Shown here one piece after another: positions 10,310 through 19,663 of a stretch of DNA of 64,000 nt (the first letter of the stretch is position 1; each line of letters begins with the position of its first letter). The notes below the pieces were generated by a model. The model made no database searches, was not told where the DNA came from, and was given only the letters and a program-made list of their open reading frames with translations. The translations under genes and the position numbers were made by a program. Source of the DNA: Pseudorhodoferax sp. (GTDB lineage: Bacteria > Pseudomonadota > Gammaproteobacteria > Burkholderiales > Burkholderiaceae_C); NCBI GenBank assembly GCA_049840715.1, contig JASGJO010000012.1, positions 2,376 through 66,375 on the forward strand, read 5' to 3'.

Positions 10310-10732
10310 TCAGGCGGCCTGGCGCGCGACCAGCTTGAAGACGGCGCGCGCGACGGCGACCACGGCGCCTGCGGCGTCGACGATCTCGCCCTCGCAGAAG
10401 GCCAGCGACCTGCCGCGCCGCGTGCAGCGGCCGATCACGGTGAGGTCGGTGCGCGCGGGTTCGTAGAAGTGGGTGGTCATGTCCACCGTGATCACGCCCA
10501 GGCGCTGCGGGTCGTGCGCGCGCGCGGCGCCGCTCAGCGTGAAGTCCAGCGCGCTCATGAGCGTGCCGCCGTGGATGTCGCCGCGGCTGTTGACGAGGTC
10601 GGCCCGCATGGCCAGCAGCGTGCGGCATTCGCCGTTGTCCATCAGCAGCGGGCGCAGGCCGATGTGTTCCATGAACGGGATCTCGACGCCGAAGTAGCTC
10701 ACCGCGTCGCGGGTGGAGGAGGGGGTGGTCAT
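10310..10732 (-). CDS. PaaI-family hotdog thioesterase
   Basis: NSRGDIHGGTLMSALD motif. Confidence 0.9.
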   Translation of the reverse strand: MTTPSSTRDAVSYFGVEIPFMEHIGLRPLLMDNGECRTLLAMRADLVNSRGDIHGGTLMSALDFTLSGAARAHDPQRLGVITVDMTTHFYEPARTDLTVIGRCTRRGRSLAFCEGEIVDAAGAVVAVARAVFKLVARQAA

Positions 10733-10743
10733 GCCCTGTGCTT

Positions 10744-10759
10744 TGCACCGACCGTGCCA
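10744..10759 (-). promoter_or_regulatory. Sigma54 (-24/-12) promoter for the thioesterase/carboxylase operon
   Basis: Minus strand reads TGGCACGGTCGGTGCA (GG-N10-GC), next to a divergent sigma54 activator gene. Confidence 0.8.
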
Positions 10760-10845
10760 GGCCCGCTGGCCCCCGCTGTCGCCCGTGTTGCTGGCGAAGG
10801 TGTCGTTGCTGGCTACAGTCCACTGTCCTCGCTGTGTCTGCGTGT

Positions 10846-12479
10846 ATGCCTGAAGAACAGATTTCCAGCGCGCCCCTGGGCGTGTTCGTGCGGCGCCATG
10901 GCGCCGTGGTCGCGGCGCTGGGCCTGGCGGCCGGCGCGGCCGTGCAGCAGGCGCTGGCGGCGGCGCTGGCCCGCGCGGGCGACCGCCAGCTGTTCGAACT
11001 GCCCCTGCCCATGGGCCCGGGCGTGGCCACCGCGCTGCGCGCGGACGGGCTGGAGATCGTGCTGCTGCGCCCGGTCGATGTGGGCGCCACGCTGCTGGAT
11101 TTCGTCGCGGCCGTGCCCTTCGCCTTCGACATCTTCGAGCAGATCCTGTCCGATCCCTACCAGGGCATCACCGTGGCCGACCACACCGGCACCATGCGCT
11201 ACGTGAGCCCCGTGCACGAGAAGTTCCTGGGCCTGCCGCCGGGCGGCGGCGCGGGCAAGCCCGTGGAACAGGTGATCCGCAACTCGCGCCTGCGCGCCGT
11301 GGTCGAGTCGGGCAAGGCCGAGATCGGCCAGCCGCTGTCCTTCGGCAACGCCGTCACGCGCGTGGTGAACCGGCGGCCCGTGCGGCGCAACGGCCAGGTC
11401 ATCGGTGCCGTGGGCCAGGTGATGTTCCGCGACACCGAGGCCGTGGCCCAGATGGCGGCCGAGATGCAGCAGCTGCGCACGCAGCTGGAGTTCTACCGCC
11501 GCGAACTCGACGGCCTGCGCGAGACGCGCGGTGCCGTGGCCGAGCTCGTGGGCGACAGCCAGGCCATGCAGCGCCTGCGCCAGGAGGTGCAGGCCGTGGC
11601 CCGGCTCGACGTGCCCGTGCTCGTGCAGGGCGAGAGCGGCACGGGCAAGGAGCTCGTGGTGCGCGCCATCCACGCGCTGGGCCGGCCCGGCCAGGCGCTG
11701 GTCAGCCTGAACCTCGCGGCCGTGCCCGGCAGCCTCGTCGAGTCCGAACTGTTCGGCCATGCGGCCGGCGCCTTCACGGGCAGCGCGAAGCAGGGCCGCG
11801 CGGGCAAGTTCGAGATGGCCAACGAAGGCACGCTGTTCCTCGACGAGGTCGGCGACATCCCGATGGACGTGCAGATCAAGCTCCTGCGCGTGCTCGAGGA
11901 GCGCGTGGCCGAGCGGCTGGGCAGCCACGCGGCCAAGCGTTGAGCTTCCGGCTGGTGTCGGCCACGCACCGCGACATCGGCGCGCTGATCGCCGGCGGCG
12001 CCTTTCGCCACGACCTGTTCTACCGCATCAGCGGCGTGACGCTGCAGGTGCCGCCGCTGCGCCAGCGGCTGGAGGACATCCCGGCGCTGCTGGCGCATTT
12101 CGTCCAAGCGTTCTGCCTGCGCAACCGCCGCGCCGTGCCGCGGATCGACCCCGGCGTTGCGCGTTACCTGGCAGACCAGCCCTGGCCCGGCAACCTGCGC
12201 CAGCTGCGCCACCGCATCGAGGAGGCGCTGGTGTTCTCGCCGCCCGAGCGGCTCACGCCGCAGGCCTTCGTCCGCGGCGCGTCGCCGCAGGCCGAGGCGG
12301 CGCCGCTGCGCGAGGAGCCGGCGCGGCTCAAGGACCACGAGCGCACGGCGGCCCTGCAGGCGCTGGCCGCGTGCGGCGGCAACAAGAAGCGCGCGGCCGA
12401 GCGGCTCGGCATCTCGCGCTCCTACCTCTACAAGCTGCTGGGCGAATCCAGGGATCCGTCGACCCATCCGGCCCGGTGA
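10846..12479 (+). CDS. Sigma54-dependent activator (PAS-AAA+-Fis HTH), frameshift at about 11940
   Basis: [29 protein letters not shown]. It continues in another frame as [10 protein letters not shown]...WPGNLRQL...[19 protein letters not shown]; one missing G restores KRVSFRL. Confidence 0.9.
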
Positions 12480-12526
12480 GGCGGGCGTCATGCCGTGGCC
12501 GCGCCGGCCGGAGGCGATGGATGCGT

Positions 12527-13579
12527 TCACGGCGTGCGGGCCAGCCGCCGCTCCAGCCAGGCGCTGTAGCGCGACAGGCCGAAGCACAGGCACCAGTACA
12601 CGAGCGCGACGAACAGGTAGCCTTCCAGGTAGAAGGGCCGCCAGGTCGGGTCGCCGCCCAGTGCCAGGCCCAGCGCGCCGGTCAGCTCGAACAGGCCGAC
12701 GATGGTCACGAGCGAGGTGTCCTTGAGCGTGCCCACGGCATTGTTGGTCAGCGCCGGCACCACCATGCGCAGCGCCTGCGGCAGCACGATGTGGCGCTGC
12801 ACCTGCCAGCGCGAGAAGCCCATGGCCATGGCCGCGTCGACCTGGCCGCGCGGCACGGCCTGCAGGCCGCCGCGGATGATCTCGGCCAGGTAGGCCGCCA
12901 CGAACAGCGCCAGCCCGGCCAGCACGCGCAGCAGCACGTCGGGCCGCCAGCCGGCCGGCCACAGCAGCGGCAGCAGGTAGGAGGCCATGAACAGCACCGA
13001 GATCAGCGGCACGCCGCGCACCAGCTCGATGGTGCCGGCCGACAGCGCGCGCGCCGGCAGCCAGGACGCGCGCCGCGCCAGCGCCAGCACCAGCGCGAGC
13101 GGGAAGGCCAGCGCCAGGCCGACCACGGCCAGGCCGATCGTCAGCGGCAGCCCGCCCCAGCGGTTGGTGGGCACGGCGGCCAGGCCCGGCGTGCCGCCGC
13201 CCATGAGCAGCAGGCACAGCCCCAGCACGAGCAGCCACAGCGGCGCCAGCCACCAGCGCCAGCTGCGCGGCCAGGCCGACAGCAGCGTGGTGGCCGACAG
13301 CAGCACCGTGGCCACGGCCGGGCGCCACTGTTCCTCGAACGGGTAGCGGCCGAACAGCAGCGGCCGCCATTTCTCGGCCACCACGCCCCAGCAGGCGCCG
13401 TGCTCCAGCGCGCGGCAGGCCGCGGCGTCGGGCCGGAAGACGGCCTGCAGCAGCGCCCAGTCCAGCGCATGCCAGCCGGCCCAGGCCAGCAGCGCGAGCA
13501 GCGCGGCCGTGACCAGCGCACGCGCCGGCGTGCCGAACAGTTCGGCCTTCCAGTCGTTCATGGCGCCCCCCAAGCTCAT
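12527..13579 (-). CDS. aapM: Amino acid ABC transporter permease
   Basis: GACWG, LFGRYPFEEQWR, WGGLPLT, AYLAEIIRGGLQA; ATGA overlap with the upstream permease. Confidence 0.85.
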   Translation of the reverse strand: MSLGGAMNDWKAELFGTPARALVTAALLALLAWAGWHALDWALLQAVFRPDAAACRALEHGACWGVVAEKWRPLLFGRYPFEEQWRPAVATVLLSATTLLSAWPRSWRWWLAPLWLLVLGLCLLLMGGGTPGLAAVPTNRWGGLPLTIGLAVVGLALAFPLALVLALARRASWLPARALSAGTIELVRGVPLISVLFMASYLLPLLWPAGWRPDVLLRVLAGLALFVAAYLAEIIRGGLQAVPRGQVDAAMAMGFSRWQVQRHIVLPQALRMVVPALTNNAVGTLKDTSLVTIVGLFELTGALGLALGGDPTWRPFYLEGYLFVALVYWCLCFGLSRYSAWLERRLARTP

Positions 13580-14646
13580 CGCCAGCCCCGCAGCGCCACG
13601 CGCGCGTTGTAGACGTTCATCGCGGCCGAGATCAGCAGCGAGAGCACGAGGTAGACCGCCATCACGATGGCGATGCATTCGAAGGCCCGGCCCGTGGAGT
13701 TCAGCGAGGTGTTGGCCACGGAGACCAACTCCGGGTAGCCCACGGCCACGGCCAGCGAGGAGTTCTTGACGAGGCTCAGCAGCTGGTTGGTCAGCGCCGG
13801 CACGATGACGCGCAGCGCCTGCGGCAGCACCACCAGGCGCAGCTGCTGGCGCGGCTGCATGCCCAGGGCCTGGGCCGCGAGCTTCTGCCCGATGGCGACC
13901 GAGCCGATGCCGGCGCGCACGATCTCGGCCACGAACGCCGCCGTGTAGAGCGCCAGGCCCAGCACGATGGTGAGGTACTCCGGGCTCAGCGCGGCGCCGC
14001 CGATCACGTTGAAGGCCGTGGGCTCGGGCCAGTCCAGCCGGCTCGGCCAGAACGCGCCGTCCTCGCGCACGGGCCAGGGCAGCGACAGGCCGCCCTTGCT
14101 CAGCCACCAGCCCGGCAGCAGTTGCACGGGCTCGGTGGAGTCGGGCAAGAGGTGCGTGAGCGCGAAGTACAGCATCAGCAGCTGCACCAGCAGCGGCACG
14201 TTGCGCAGCGTCTCCACGTAGGCCGTGCACAGCGCGCGCACGAGCAGGTGCGAGGCGAGCCGGCCGACGCCCAGCAGCGTGCCCAGCAGCACGGCCAGCA
14301 GCGCCGCCGGCACGGCCGCGCGCACGGTGTTGACGAGGCCGGCCAGGAAGGCGCGCGCATAGCTGTCGCCCGAGTCGAAGGCCAGCCAGCCCTCGGCGAT
14401 GCCGAAGCCGGCCGGCTGCTGCAGGAATCCGAACGTCGTGCCCAGCCAGGCCCACAGGCCCTGGACGCCGGGAACCTCGCGCAGCAGCCAGAGCCCCGCC
14501 GCCAGCACCGCGAACGCCAGCAGCGCCCACAGCGCCGCGGGCACGCGCGCCGTGGAATACAGGGCCCCCACGCTTCCCGCTGCGCGAGGTTCGCTGCCCC
14601 CCGAGGGGGAGCGAGCTGGCTTGGGGCGGCCCGGCGCGGCGCTCAC
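13576..14646 (-). CDS. aapQ: Amino acid ABC transporter permease with 28-aa N-terminal extension
   Basis: FGFLQQPAGFGI, SYARAFLAGLVNT, LVKNSSLAVAVGYPEL; GTG overlaps the aapJ stop. Confidence 0.85.
   Translation of the reverse strand: MSAAPGRPKPARSPSGGSEPRAAGSVGALYSTARVPAALWALLAFAVLAAGLWLLREVPGVQGLWAWLGTTFGFLQQPAGFGIAEGWLAFDSGDSYARAFLAGLVNTVRAAVPAALLAVLLGTLLGVGRLASHLLVRALCTAYVETLRNVPLLVQLLMLYFALTHLLPDSTEPVQLLPGWWLSKGGLSLPWPVREDGAFWPSRLDWPEPTAFNVIGGAALSPEYLTIVLGLALYTAAFVAEIVRAGIGSVAIGQKLAAQALGMQPRQQLRLVVLPQALRVIVPALTNQLLSLVKNSSLAVAVGYPELVSVANTSLNSTGRAFECIAIVMAVYLVLSLLISAAMNVYNARVALRGWR
14563..14646 (-). repeat. Short palindromic element read in-frame (MSAAPGRPKPARSPSGGSEPRAAGSVGA)
   Basis: 84 nt (multiple of 3) with central hairpin TCGCTgCCCCC-CGA-GGGGGAGCGA at 14591-14614. 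Only one full copy is in this window; repeat status is recalled from related genomes, not shown here. Confidence 0.55.
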
Positions 14647-15674
14647 CGCACCGGCATGGCGTACAGCAGGCCGCCCTTGTTCCACAGGTTGTTGAGGCCG
14701 CGCGGCAGCTGCAGGGCCGACTTGGGACCGACGTTGCGCTCGAACATCTCGCCGTGGTTGCCCACGGCCTTGATGGCGTGGTAGGACCAGTCCTTGTCCA
14801 GCCCCAGCAGCTTGCCGAGGTCGTCGCCCGTGCCCAGCAGGCGCTGCTGCGCGGGGTCCTTGCTGCTGCTGCGCAGCTGGTCGATGTTGGCCTGCGTGAT
14901 GCCGAGTTCCTCGGCCTCGATCAGCGCGTTGGGCACCCACTTGACGATGGCGAACCATTCGTCGTCGCCGCGCTTGACGGCCGGGGCCAGCGGCTCCTTG
15001 GAGATCAGGTCGGGCAGGATGACGTAGTCGTCGGGGTTCGGCGCCTCCTTGTTGCGCAGGCCCGCCAGCGCCGAGGTGTCGGTCGTGAAGGCCTGGCAGC
15101 GGCCCGAGAAGAAGGCCTTGAACGAGGCCTCGAAGCTCTCGAATACGACGGTCTTGACCGGGATGCCCTGGGCCTTGGACCACTCGGCCACGTTCTTCTC
15201 GTTGGTGGTGCCGGCCTGGGTGCAGATGGTCGCGCCCTTGAGCTGTTTGGCGCCCGCGACCTTGATCTTCTTGGGCACCAGGAAGCCCTGGCCGTCGTAG
15301 TAGTTGATGGTCGTGAACGACAGGCCCAGCGAGGCGTCGCGCGTGAGGTTCCAGGTGGTGTTGCGCGTGAGGATGTCGACCTCGCCGGCCTGCAGCGCGG
15401 CGAAGCGCTGCTGCGAGTTCAGCGGCACGAACTCGGCCTTCTTCGGGTCGCCCAGCACGGCGGCGGCGATGGCGCGGCAGGTGTCCACGTCCAGGCCCGA
15501 CCAGTTGCCCTGGGTGTCGGGGGCCGAGAAGCCGGCCACGCCGTTGGTCACGCCGCACTTGACGGTGCCCCGCGCCTTGACGGCGTCCAGCGTCTTGCCG
15601 GCCTGGGCGGTGGTGGAGGCCAGGGCCAGCAGCAGGGCGCCGGCGGCCAGGGCCACGGAATGGATCTTGCGCAT
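14643..15674 (-). CDS. aapJ: General L-amino acid ABC transporter substrate-binding protein
   Basis: TLDAVKARGTVKCGV, GLDVDTCRAIAAAVLGD, ISKEPLAP, RGLNNLWNKGGLLYAMP. Confidence 0.92.
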   Translation of the reverse strand: MRKIHSVALAAGALLLALASTTAQAGKTLDAVKARGTVKCGVTNGVAGFSAPDTQGNWSGLDVDTCRAIAAAVLGDPKKAEFVPLNSQQRFAALQAGEVDILTRNTTWNLTRDASLGLSFTTINYYDGQGFLVPKKIKVAGAKQLKGATICTQAGTTNEKNVAEWSKAQGIPVKTVVFESFEASFKAFFSGRCQAFTTDTSALAGLRNKEAPNPDDYVILPDLISKEPLAPAVKRGDDEWFAIVKWVPNALIEAEELGITQANIDQLRSSSKDPAQQRLLGTGDDLGKLLGLDKDWSYHAIKAVGNHGEMFERNVGPKSALQLPRGLNNLWNKGGLLYAMPVR

Positions 15675-15740
15675 CAGTGGATTCCTCGTTGGATGAAGGA
15701 GGTCGGCAACCGTGCCGGCCGGTGGCTGGGCAGTTTAGTG

Positions 15741-16226
15741 TCAGCGCCGCAGCAGGTTCACGAGCGGGCGGCCGGCGCGGTCGCGGTAGACGTCGAAGTC
15801 GGCGTCGATGGACAGGATGTGCCGCAGCTTCAGCCGCGCGGCGGCCTCGGCGATGGAGGCGTCGGCCAGGTCGAAGGGCCGGTCGGCGAAGCGCTCGGAC
15901 AGGCGCAGCACCTCGGTCAGCGAACCCTCGGCCGCGCGGTCCAGCGCGATGGCGCCGCGCTGGGCCCAGCGCAGGAAGTCGAGCGCGCTGTCGTTGTGGA
16001 TGCGGCGCGCCAGCAGCGCACAGACCTCGGTGGCCACGCACCAGGTGGTCGTCAGCGTGGCGGCGGGGTTGGCCTGCAGCCAGGCGCGCACCGGCGCGTG
16101 CCAGCGGTCGGCGCCGTTGAACAGCGCGATCAGCGGGCCGCTGTCGACCAGCACCGTGCCGGCATGGGCCAGCCAGGGCGCGGAGGGTTCGCGAACCTGC
16201 AGGACGGTGGTCTTGCGCGTGGCCAT
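15741..16226 (-). CDS. vapC: PIN-domain toxin (VapC family)
   Basis: LVDSGPLIALF, VATEV, DLADAS, SIDADF acidic tetrad. Confidence 0.88.
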   Translation of the reverse strand: MATRKTTVLQVREPSAPWLAHAGTVLVDSGPLIALFNGADRWHAPVRAWLQANPAATLTTTWCVATEVCALLARRIHNDSALDFLRWAQRGAIALDRAAEGSLTEVLRLSERFADRPFDLADASIAEAAARLKLRHILSIDADFDVYRDRAGRPLVNLLRR

Positions 16227-16490
16227 CTAGCGGCCGCGCGCGGCGTGCCGCGCAGACCAGGCATCGCCGGCGTGCTGCCTGCGCCCCTCGGCCAGGTCGG
16301 CGGGCCCCTGGTGGCGGCCGAACAGGTCTTCGCCCAGCGCATGGGCCGAGCGGGGCGCCTGGGCGTCCGGCTGCGCCAGATAGGCTTGCAAGGCCGCGCG
16401 CACCACGTCGCTGGTGCTGCGGCCGGTGCTGGCGGCGCGCTGGCGCAGGCGTTCCTCCAGCGTGGCTTCGAGCTTGATGGTGACGGTCAT
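16227..16490 (-). CDS. vapB: Ribbon-helix-helix (CopG) antitoxin
   Basis: MTVTIKLEATLEERLRQRAASTGRSTSDVVRAAL; abuts the PIN gene. Confidence 0.85.
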   Translation of the reverse strand: MTVTIKLEATLEERLRQRAASTGRSTSDVVRAALQAYLAQPDAQAPRSAHALGEDLFGRHQGPADLAEGRRQHAGDAWSARHAARGR

Positions 16491-16513
16491 GGCGTGCCGC
16501 GTGGCATTGAGGT

Positions 16514-16549
16514 AATACCGATCGTATTTTTTCAACCCCGGCCTGTCAA
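16514..16549 (-). promoter_or_regulatory. Sigma70 promoter of vapBC with overlapping operator
   Basis: TTGACA-N17-TACGAT on the minus strand; inverted repeat AATAC-N5-GTATT (16514-16528) overlaps the -10. Confidence 0.8.
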
Positions 16550-16575
16550 GCAGGCGGGCTCCGTATGATCGACCG

Positions 16576-17400
16576 ATGCCCCGCGCAGCGCCTGTCCCAT
16601 CGTCACCGTCCTCGCGGCGCCGCACGCGCGAGTCGGGCGTGTTCGTGCGCGACACGCCGGGCGTGCGTTCGCTGGAGCGCGGCCTGCAGCTGCTGCGCGC
16701 GTTCCGGCCTGGCATCACCTCGCTCAGCAACGCCGAGCTGGCCGAGCGCACGGGCTTTCCGCGCGCCAGCGTGAGCCGGCTGGCGGCCACGCTGGTATCG
16801 AAGGGCTTTCTCGACCATGAGGCGTCCACCGGCCTGTACCGGCTCGGCGCGCCGTTCCTGGGGCTGGGCCTGGCGGTGCGCAGCGGCTCCACGGTGCTGC
16901 AGGCCGCGCTGCCTTTCATGCGCGAGGTGTCCGAGGGCCAGCGCATCAACGTGGGCCTGGCCATGGCCGACGACAGCGACGTGGTCTACCTGGACTCCGT
17001 GCGCAAGAGCCACCTGGGCATCTTCCGCCACATCATCGCCGGCACCCGGCTGCCCATGGCCGAGACGGCGCTGGGCCGGGCCTGGCTGGGCGGGCAGGCG
17101 CCGGCCGCGCGCCGGCAGATGCTGGACCTGCTCGCACTGCGCTACGAAGACCGCTGGGCCGGCATCCGGCGCGAGCTCGCCGCTGCGTTCGCGGCCGTGC
17201 GGCGCGAGGGCTACTGCAGCTTCGACCACCGCAGCGGCGTGATGGCGGTGGCGGCGCCGCTGGTGCTGCCGGGCCACCCGGTGCATGCGCTCAACATCAG
17301 CTACCGGGCGCCGGCCGAGGACAGGCTGCGCGCGACCGAGCAGCAGTACGCCGAGCTGCTGCTGCAGACGGCCGCACGCATCCGGCGCGCGCTGGCCTGA
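16576..17400 (+). CDS. IclR-family transcriptional regulator
   Basis: SLERGLQLLRAF...SNAELAERTG HTH; GTRLPMAETALGRAWL effector domain. Confidence 0.92.
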   Translation: MPRAAPVPSSPSSRRRTRESGVFVRDTPGVRSLERGLQLLRAFRPGITSLSNAELAERTGFPRASVSRLAATLVSKGFLDHEASTGLYRLGAPFLGLGLAVRSGSTVLQAALPFMREVSEGQRINVGLAMADDSDVVYLDSVRKSHLGIFRHIIAGTRLPMAETALGRAWLGGQAPAARRQMLDLLALRYEDRWAGIRRELAAAFAAVRREGYCSFDHRSGVMAVAAPLVLPGHPVHALNISYRAPAEDRLRATEQQYAELLLQTAARIRRALA

Positions 17401-17410
17401 CGGCGCCCTT

Positions 17411-18625
17411 TCAGGCGGCGTCCGGCGTCGCGGTGGTGAGCGCGCCCGATGCCGCCAGCCGCGCGATCTCCTGCGCATCCAGGCCCAGGTACTCGGCCAG
17501 CACCTCGGCCGTGTGCTCGCCGAGCCGCGGCTCGCGCACCAGCGGCAGCGGGTCGAGGCCCGCGAAGCGCAGCGGGCTGTTGTGCAGCACCACCTCGCCG
17601 AGGTCCGGGTGCCGCGTGCGCTGCAGCATGCCGCGCGCGTGCAGGTGCGGATCGGCCACGACCTCGGCCAGGTCGCGCACGGGCGCGCACGGGAAATGGT
17701 GGGCCTGCGCCTGCGCCTGCAGTTCGGCGCGCGTGTACTGCTGCGTCCAGCCCTCCACCAGCGCGTCGACCTCTTCCATGAGGGCCGCGCGCGCGGCGTG
17801 GTCGGCATAGCGCGGGTCGTCGGCGAGCTCGGGCCGGCCCATGGCGCGCACCAGGTTGCCCCAGTGGCCGGGCGTCACGCACATGATGGTCACGTGGCCG
17901 TCGGCCGCGCGGTAGGCGTTGTAGGGCGCCAGCCCCAGGCCGCCGTGCCGGTTGCCGGTGCGCAGCGGTGCCTGCGGGTTCTCGAAGAACACCGTGAGGT
18001 TGGAGGCCATGGGCGGGTACATCGCGTCCTGCATGGCGATCTCCACGCGGCGGCCGCGGCCGGTGCGCTCGCGCTCGTACAGCGCGGTCATGATGGCGGC
18101 GTACAGGTGCGTGCCGCCCAGGAAGTCGGCGAAGGCGGGGCCGGCCTTGACGGGCGGCCGGTCGGGCCAGCCCGTCAGGGCCATGGCGCCGCTGGTGGCC
18201 TGGATCGTGAGGTCCATGGCCAGCCGGTCGCGGTCGGTGCCCCAGCTGCCGTAGCCCGAGGCGCTGGCATAGACCAGGCGCGGGTTGGCGGCCTGCAGGG
18301 CCTCGGCACCGATGCCGAGCCGGTCCATCACGCCGGGCGCGTAGTTCTCCAGCACCACGTCGAACTGCCGCGCGAGTTCGAGGAACAGGCGGCGGCCCTC
18401 GGGGTGCTTGAAGTTCAGCGCGATGCCGCGCTTGTTGCCGTTGAGCATGGCCAGCGGCAAGGTGGCGGCGCGGCGCGCGCGGCCGGCTTCGCCGCCGGGC
18501 GGTTCGACCTTGACCACGGTGGCGCCGGCCATGGCCAGCAGGAAGCCGCAGTAGGGGCCCTGGTAGATCTGGCCGAGGTCCAGCACCTTGAGGCCGGCCA
18601 GCGGGGCGTCGGGAGGCGTCGCCAT
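17411..18625 (-). CDS. CaiB/BaiF family CoA-transferase
   Basis: PLAGLKVLDL, NKRGIAL, ENYAPG; catalytic Asp in AFADFLGG. Confidence 0.92.
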   Translation of the reverse strand: MATPPDAPLAGLKVLDLGQIYQGPYCGFLLAMAGATVVKVEPPGGEAGRARRAATLPLAMLNGNKRGIALNFKHPEGRRLFLELARQFDVVLENYAPGVMDRLGIGAEALQAANPRLVYASASGYGSWGTDRDRLAMDLTIQATSGAMALTGWPDRPPVKAGPAFADFLGGTHLYAAIMTALYERERTGRGRRVEIAMQDAMYPPMASNLTVFFENPQAPLRTGNRHGGLGLAPYNAYRAADGHVTIMCVTPGHWGNLVRAMGRPELADDPRYADHAARAALMEEVDALVEGWTQQYTRAELQAQAQAHHFPCAPVRDLAEVVADPHLHARGMLQRTRHPDLGEVVLHNSPLRFAGLDPLPLVREPRLGEHTAEVLAEYLGLDAQEIARLAASGALTTATPDAA

Positions 18626-18631
18626 GGCGGT

Positions 18632-19594
18632 TCAGCCGGCCGTGATGTTGGCCTGCCGGACGACGCGCGCCGTGCGCTCGTGGTCCAGCCGCATGTAGGC
18701 CAGCGCCTCGGCCGGGCCCAGGAAGGCCGGCGGCGCGCCGCCGGTGGCGACGAAGCGCTGCACCACGGCGGGGTCGGCCACCGCGCGCTGCGCGGCCTCG
18801 CCGAGCCGGTGCACGATCTCGGCCGGCGTGCGGCTGGGCACGAACAGGCCGGTCCAGCCCTCGATGCCGTAGCCCGGCGCCTGCTCGGCGATGGCCGGCA
18901 GGTCCGGGTGGTCGGCCTGGCGTTCGGTGTTGGTCACGGCGATGGGCCGCACCTGGCCGGCGCGCAGGAACACGGCGGCGGGCGCGCGGCTGTCGAACGC
19001 GAAATCGATGCGCCCGCCGGCCAGGTCCGTCAGCGACTGCACGTTGCCGCGGTAGGGCACGTGCACGGCCTGCACGCCGGCCAGCAGGTTCAGCATCTCG
19101 CCCGCGATGTGCGTGGAGTTGCCCACGCTGCTGGAGCCGAAGCTGAGCTTGCCCGGGTTGGCCCGGCCGAACGCGATCAGCTCGGCCAGCGTCTTGAACG
19201 GCGAGTGGGCGGGCACCAGCAGCAGGAAGCCGCCCATGGTCACGCGGCAGACCGGCACCAGGTCGGTCATGGGCGCGTAGGGCAGGTTGCGCACCACGCC
19301 CGAGATCAGGATGCTGCCGGCCGAGTACAGCTGGGTGTAGCCGTCGGGCGCGGCGCGCGCCACGGCCTGCGCGGCGATGTGGCCGCCGCCTCCGGGACGG
19401 TTGTCGACCACGATGGATTGGCCGATCCCGGCCGACAGCCCGGGCTGCAGCAGCCGGGCGGCGATGTCGACCACGCCGCCGGCCGTCGAGGGCACGAGCA
19501 TGGTGATCTGCCGGCTGGGCCAGGTTTCGGCGTGCAGGCGTGCCAGCGGCAAGGCCGCCGCCGCCGCGACCAGGGCGCGTCTTCTCATGGGCAT
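18632..19594 (-). CDS. Bug/TctC substrate-binding protein
   Basis: WPSRQITMLVPSTAGGVVD, DNRPGGGG, APDGYT. Confidence 0.92.
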   Translation of the reverse strand: MPMRRRALVAAAAALPLARLHAETWPSRQITMLVPSTAGGVVDIAARLLQPGLSAGIGQSIVVDNRPGGGGHIAAQAVARAAPDGYTQLYSAGSILISGVVRNLPYAPMTDLVPVCRVTMGGFLLLVPAHSPFKTLAELIAFGRANPGKLSFGSSSVGNSTHIAGEMLNLLAGVQAVHVPYRGNVQSLTDLAGGRIDFAFDSRAPAAVFLRAGQVRPIAVTNTERQADHPDLPAIAEQAPGYGIEGWTGLFVPSRTPAEIVHRLGEAAQRAVADPAVVQRFVATGGAPPAFLGPAEALAYMRLDHERTARVVRQANITAG

Positions 19595-19663
19595 GGGATG
19601 TCTCCTGCGGTGGGGAATCGCGCGCGCCCGGCTGCATCGGCCGGTGCATCGCGCGGCTGGCGG

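Noticed and set aside
4509-11132. 2207-aa ORF suggesting a giant multidomain protein
   Set aside because: Only the last ~816 aa are a CoA-transferase. The rest is an Arg/Gly/Pro-rich off-frame shadow of the carboxylase and thioesterase genes.
7103-11206. Very long antisense or alternate-frame ORFs (also 1284-3383, 17285-20980, 26872-30324, 61011-63635)
   Set aside because: These are expected in high-GC DNA with strong codon bias. They overlap well-supported genes and show no family motifs outside the real CDS portions.
11930-11945. Programmed frameshifting as the explanation for the split genes
   Set aside because: There is no canonical slippery heptamer at these sites and these families are not known to be recoded. 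Simple indels explain them.
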